A stretch of DNA of 64,000 nt from Eledone cirrhosa (lineage: Eukaryota). The stretch's first letter is position 1. Each line of letters opens with the position of its first letter. The notes beneath the pieces are model-generated. The model was not told the origin of the DNA and did no database searches. It saw only the letters and a list, made by a program, of their open reading frames with translations. Below, one piece after another: positions 60,112 through 64,000 of this stretch. Position numbers and translations under genes: made by a program. The stretch lies in NCBI GenBank assembly GCA_964016885.1, contig OZ024743.1, positions 179,304,001 to 179,368,000 on the forward strand, in the 5' to 3' direction.

Positions 60112-60651
60112 GTACATATACAGCACTGTGTAGATTTATTTATGAATATGAAAGATATTGAAGATCTATTGATTAACATGAAAGATGAACTATGCTGTTG
60201 ATTGTGTGTGATAAAAGCTATAATATTGAGTTTCATTATTGACACGTATTTACATGTGTAGGCGAGCATCTTGTTCTGTGAACAATTTAATCCATAAAGG
60301 ACGTGTCGTAATAATAGATTAAACAATATGCCGTTCTCTTTGCCAAAACCTATTGCTTAGGACGCCTGCTGGTGTTTGTAATGTATTGCGCTGTGGTAGT
60401 CTCTGTATATGCTTGTATGGGCGTGTGTGGAAATGTGTTTGTGTGTGTGCGTGTGTATCTCTTTGTGTGCATATATGTGCGTGTCTGTAATGCTACACAC
60501 ACACACACACATTTATATATATATATATATATATATATATGCCAGCCTTACCAGCATGTGTGACAAGTGCGAAAATAAGTGTGGAGTGATATGATGAAAG
60601 TGGGAGATACGCAGGGAATTAGAGAGAAGAGGACAGAGTGCGTGTATTAGA

Positions 60652-60730
<79 letters not shown>

Positions 60731-62302
60731 CGAGAGTCCGTGAAAGGCAAAATATTTGTTGGGACGAAATCAAATCATCATAAATATAAGGTTTCTATAT
60801 GATTAACGAGAAATGTGTTACAGATTTGTGGTTGATCATATTTACGACCATGTCATCTCTACTTAGATTTACAGTCAAACGATTTCTAATCACCACGATA
60901 CTATTCTTGCTTTCATTCAAAGCCGTTTTCTTTTTGTTTTTAAGAGTGACTTGTTTGGAATGAGATCTAGTTACCAGATGTTTCATGTCAATACAGCTAT
61001 ACCTCACCCTATGTCCTTTATTAGTTCCAGAAATCAAGAATTAAGCCACAAAACGTCAAAAGTCAAATATTTCTCCCCCACCCTATAAACCGCTAATAGC
61101 CATTTCCCATGGCTGTACTGTAACGGCCATACATTATATAGTATAGTGAACCATTATATAAATGTGATTATATGTTTTTATTGTTTCTTGTTTTGTTTTG
61201 TTTTTTCGTTTTTATGGTTTAATATTTTTGACAGCCTGATGTAAAGTTGAGTCAATTGACATAACATGAGGTTTATTTTTTCCATAAAATATTAAGGAAA
61301 ACTGCTGTAACTTCAAAGATGACGATACTGGAAACGACGTAAAACAACGTATACCTGCACGTGCCTCGTTTAGCCCAAGGCTGACCTGATCGAACATACA
61401 TCTGAACAAATGTATCTAAGCTTTCACTACTTTGTCTATGATTAAGTCAGTGATTCTGAAAGAAGAAATTACACCAAATACGGAACAAATGGAATATTTT
61501 GACGGGAAAATGTTTCAAAATTGTACATAATGCCTTTTTAACATCAGGCATTGCTGAAAACATCAAATGTTTAATATATTGGGCTGAGGAATGGAGAAAA
61601 TTTTAAGAAACATTGATTTAAGTCATAGTTTTTCAGGACTATTTTGTCTGGTATATATTATGTGTAGTTTTTAAGACGATAAGTCTTAATTGATTTAAAG
61701 GTGTTTTAATTATTATTTTTACATAGGCAGGTGGCAACGTAGAGATTATTTCTATCAAGCTAGATGAGTACATTTGAACACGAATAATATGTAGGCTAGT
61801 AAGAGCAGCAATTTGGTTACAATAACCAAATAGGGACGTCTCTTAATCCCAAGGGTTCCTCTATGTGGTATGCAATGTATACACATGTGTAAAGAAGTAT
61901 TCAGTTCTCTATATTATGACTTAAGACGTTATTTTTGTTACCAGACAATGTAGAATGACAGAAATATTTTCAGTATTACTATATTTCAACATCAACAACC
62001 TTGTCGGACTCAGAGGGAGAGAACTTGGAAAGTTCATATAGTAGAAGGAAACTGTATATGTCTGTAATATATATCAATAAATACATGAATAACTAGATAT
62101 GCACACTCACACACACGCACACACATATATATATATACATACGCACACTCTCACACACACATACACACACACATATACACACACTCAGACACACAATCCT
62201 TTCAACTTTGCTCAGATTAGTGGATTGTGCTTTTTACGTGTAGAAAACGGGGTTAATTGAAATCTTAACCAATATAATTTGCTGACATTTTAATTATCTA
62301 AA

Positions 62303-62505
62303 TTCTTCTTCTTCTTCTTCTTCTTCTTCTTCTTCTTCTTCTTCTTCTTCTTCTTCTTCTTCTTCTTCTTCTTCGTCTTCTTCTTCTTCAGAGGCTCGTG
62401 GATGCAGTGTCCTCAACAATTATTTTCAGTAGGTCCTGTCAGAAGCAACCGTCTCTGATTGATCCGGTTGGATCTCCGAACAAGACTAGCTAAACTCATG
62501 GATCT
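62303..62505 (-). mobile_element. RTE-like 3' end with long (GAA)n tail
   Basis: CAAGACTAGCTAAACTCATGGAT is homologous to ~36590; adjacent to a (TTC)n of about 28 units. Confidence 0.6.
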
Positions 62506-63106
62506 TCTTTTTAATTTATTCCGCTAGTTCAAGTTTTTGTTATAAATAAATAATCCTTCACAAAGAAAGATCGGTTCTGTTAGTTCAGATATTTATCTAT
62601 ATTTACCAATATTTACGTAAAGAAACCTTACCTAGAAGATGAAGAAATATACATATCCAATGCTAATGCACATTTGCCAAAATTATACATTCTTTTATCT
62701 TATGTTCAAGAAAAAATTCATTAAAATTTAGTCAATGCGAAATTGTGAGATAAATGGATTTCTACATGAGATTGTTGTGGAGGCAGCATTTTAGAATTGA
62801 AAAGATACGCATTTTGCACTCATTAGATCCCGGTTTTGATAGCATGGCTGGGGTGATCTTGGACAGGTATTACTTAATCTAACCTTGGATCAACCCATGC
62901 TTTCAGACAGATATTGGGCAGACAGCATCTGTTTGGAAGCTCGTCAGATTGACTGTACCTCTAGTTCACATGATCAGCATTATCACACATTTTGTTATGC
63001 TTAATAGCACTGGCAATTCACGGAATGCTAAGCCACTTAGTCGTTAATTTCATAAGCATGCTTTTTATTTGCTTCAACAGCTGGAACACTGACCATCGAA
63101 ACTAGC

Positions 63107-63210
<104 letters not shown>

Positions 63211-63385
63211 TTATATATATATAAGAAGAAAAAATGGCTTCACTTGTGCTTTCAACAAATTTATTTTCTTCACAAAATCCAAAAAGAATTTTTCTTAAAA
63301 AAAAGTATTTTATGAATTAAGTTGTTGGTTGTTGGTTAGGTCTTAGGAGTTCTTGGTTAACGTAGGAGGTATTGTTTCGCTTTAA

Positions 63386-63462
<77 letters not shown>

Positions 63463-63694
63463 TAAACGGAATAGAAAATGCTGACAAATTGTTCACAGTT
63501 GAAAAATGGTTTAATTAGGAATAAAAGAGTATTAGTGATTGTATGGGTTAGTATTCAGTTGTGGTTTTAAGTTTTTAAGTTTTTACCGGTTGCGCATTTC
63601 TAAATGCTTTTCAAAAATAATTTTGAGATAGAGTGTCCGTGCTGTTTGCTCTGATCTGATTAGTTTTGGGAATTCTACCTGTTTTTATGTTAAA

Positions 63695-63915
63695 AAAATG
63701 GCTCCAGCGTTATTTTTGTGTTGCAAAAATGCTTGTGGTCAAAACAATTTTGATTGGTCGGTAGAGGTCATGTGAATGTAAAAAGTTGATTTTGCGCCAA
63801 GACTGTTTTTATGTTAAAATGTTAGAAAAGTGGCTCCAGCAAAAATTATTGGTCAAAACAATTTTGATTGGTCGGTAGAGGTCATGTGGATAAAAAATTG
63901 GTTTTGCGCCAAGAT
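63695..63915. repeat. ~114-bp tandem duplication
   Basis: GGTCAAAACAATTTTGATTGGTCGGTAGAGGTCATGTG at ~63737 and ~63851. Confidence 0.8.
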
Positions 63916-63939
63916 TGAGAAATGACTCTTTCACAACAA

Positions 63940-63991
<52 letters not shown>

Positions 63992-64000
63992 TAGTAGTAG

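Noticed and set aside
60780-62050. Host exons in apparently unique sequence
   Set aside because: Only short frames with stops and no recognisable domain or consistent splice pair; cannot be excluded without RNA-seq.

Overview
AT-rich, microsatellite-saturated eukaryotic (animal) genomic DNA; the repeat complement suggests a cephalopod such as octopus (inference). No intact host gene is recognisable, and nearly all long ORFs in the track are (TA)n/(CA)n/(GA)n translation artefacts. The window is mostly mobile DNA: a near full-length but degraded Tx1/L1-clade LINE plus a truncated relative, both in (GATA)n-type repeats; six Penelope-like retroelements with coding remnants (five Naiad-like; one near-intact RT+GIY-YIG ORF at 52662-54891); R4/Dong-like and RTE-like LINE relics; two head-to-head non-autonomous Helitrons; Tc1/mariner-type MITEs; and many tRNA-derived SINEs. 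The main signal is about 20 type-I hammerhead ribozyme motifs, read by eye, from roughly ten sequence families. They sit in the termini of (TA)n-embedded Penelope elements and of short non-coding derivatives. Many derivatives are fold-back palindromes that turn around inside the ribozyme, one element is nested in the microsatellite carried by another, and one ribozyme family shows a U3-A8 core variant. All folds and identities are manual estimates.
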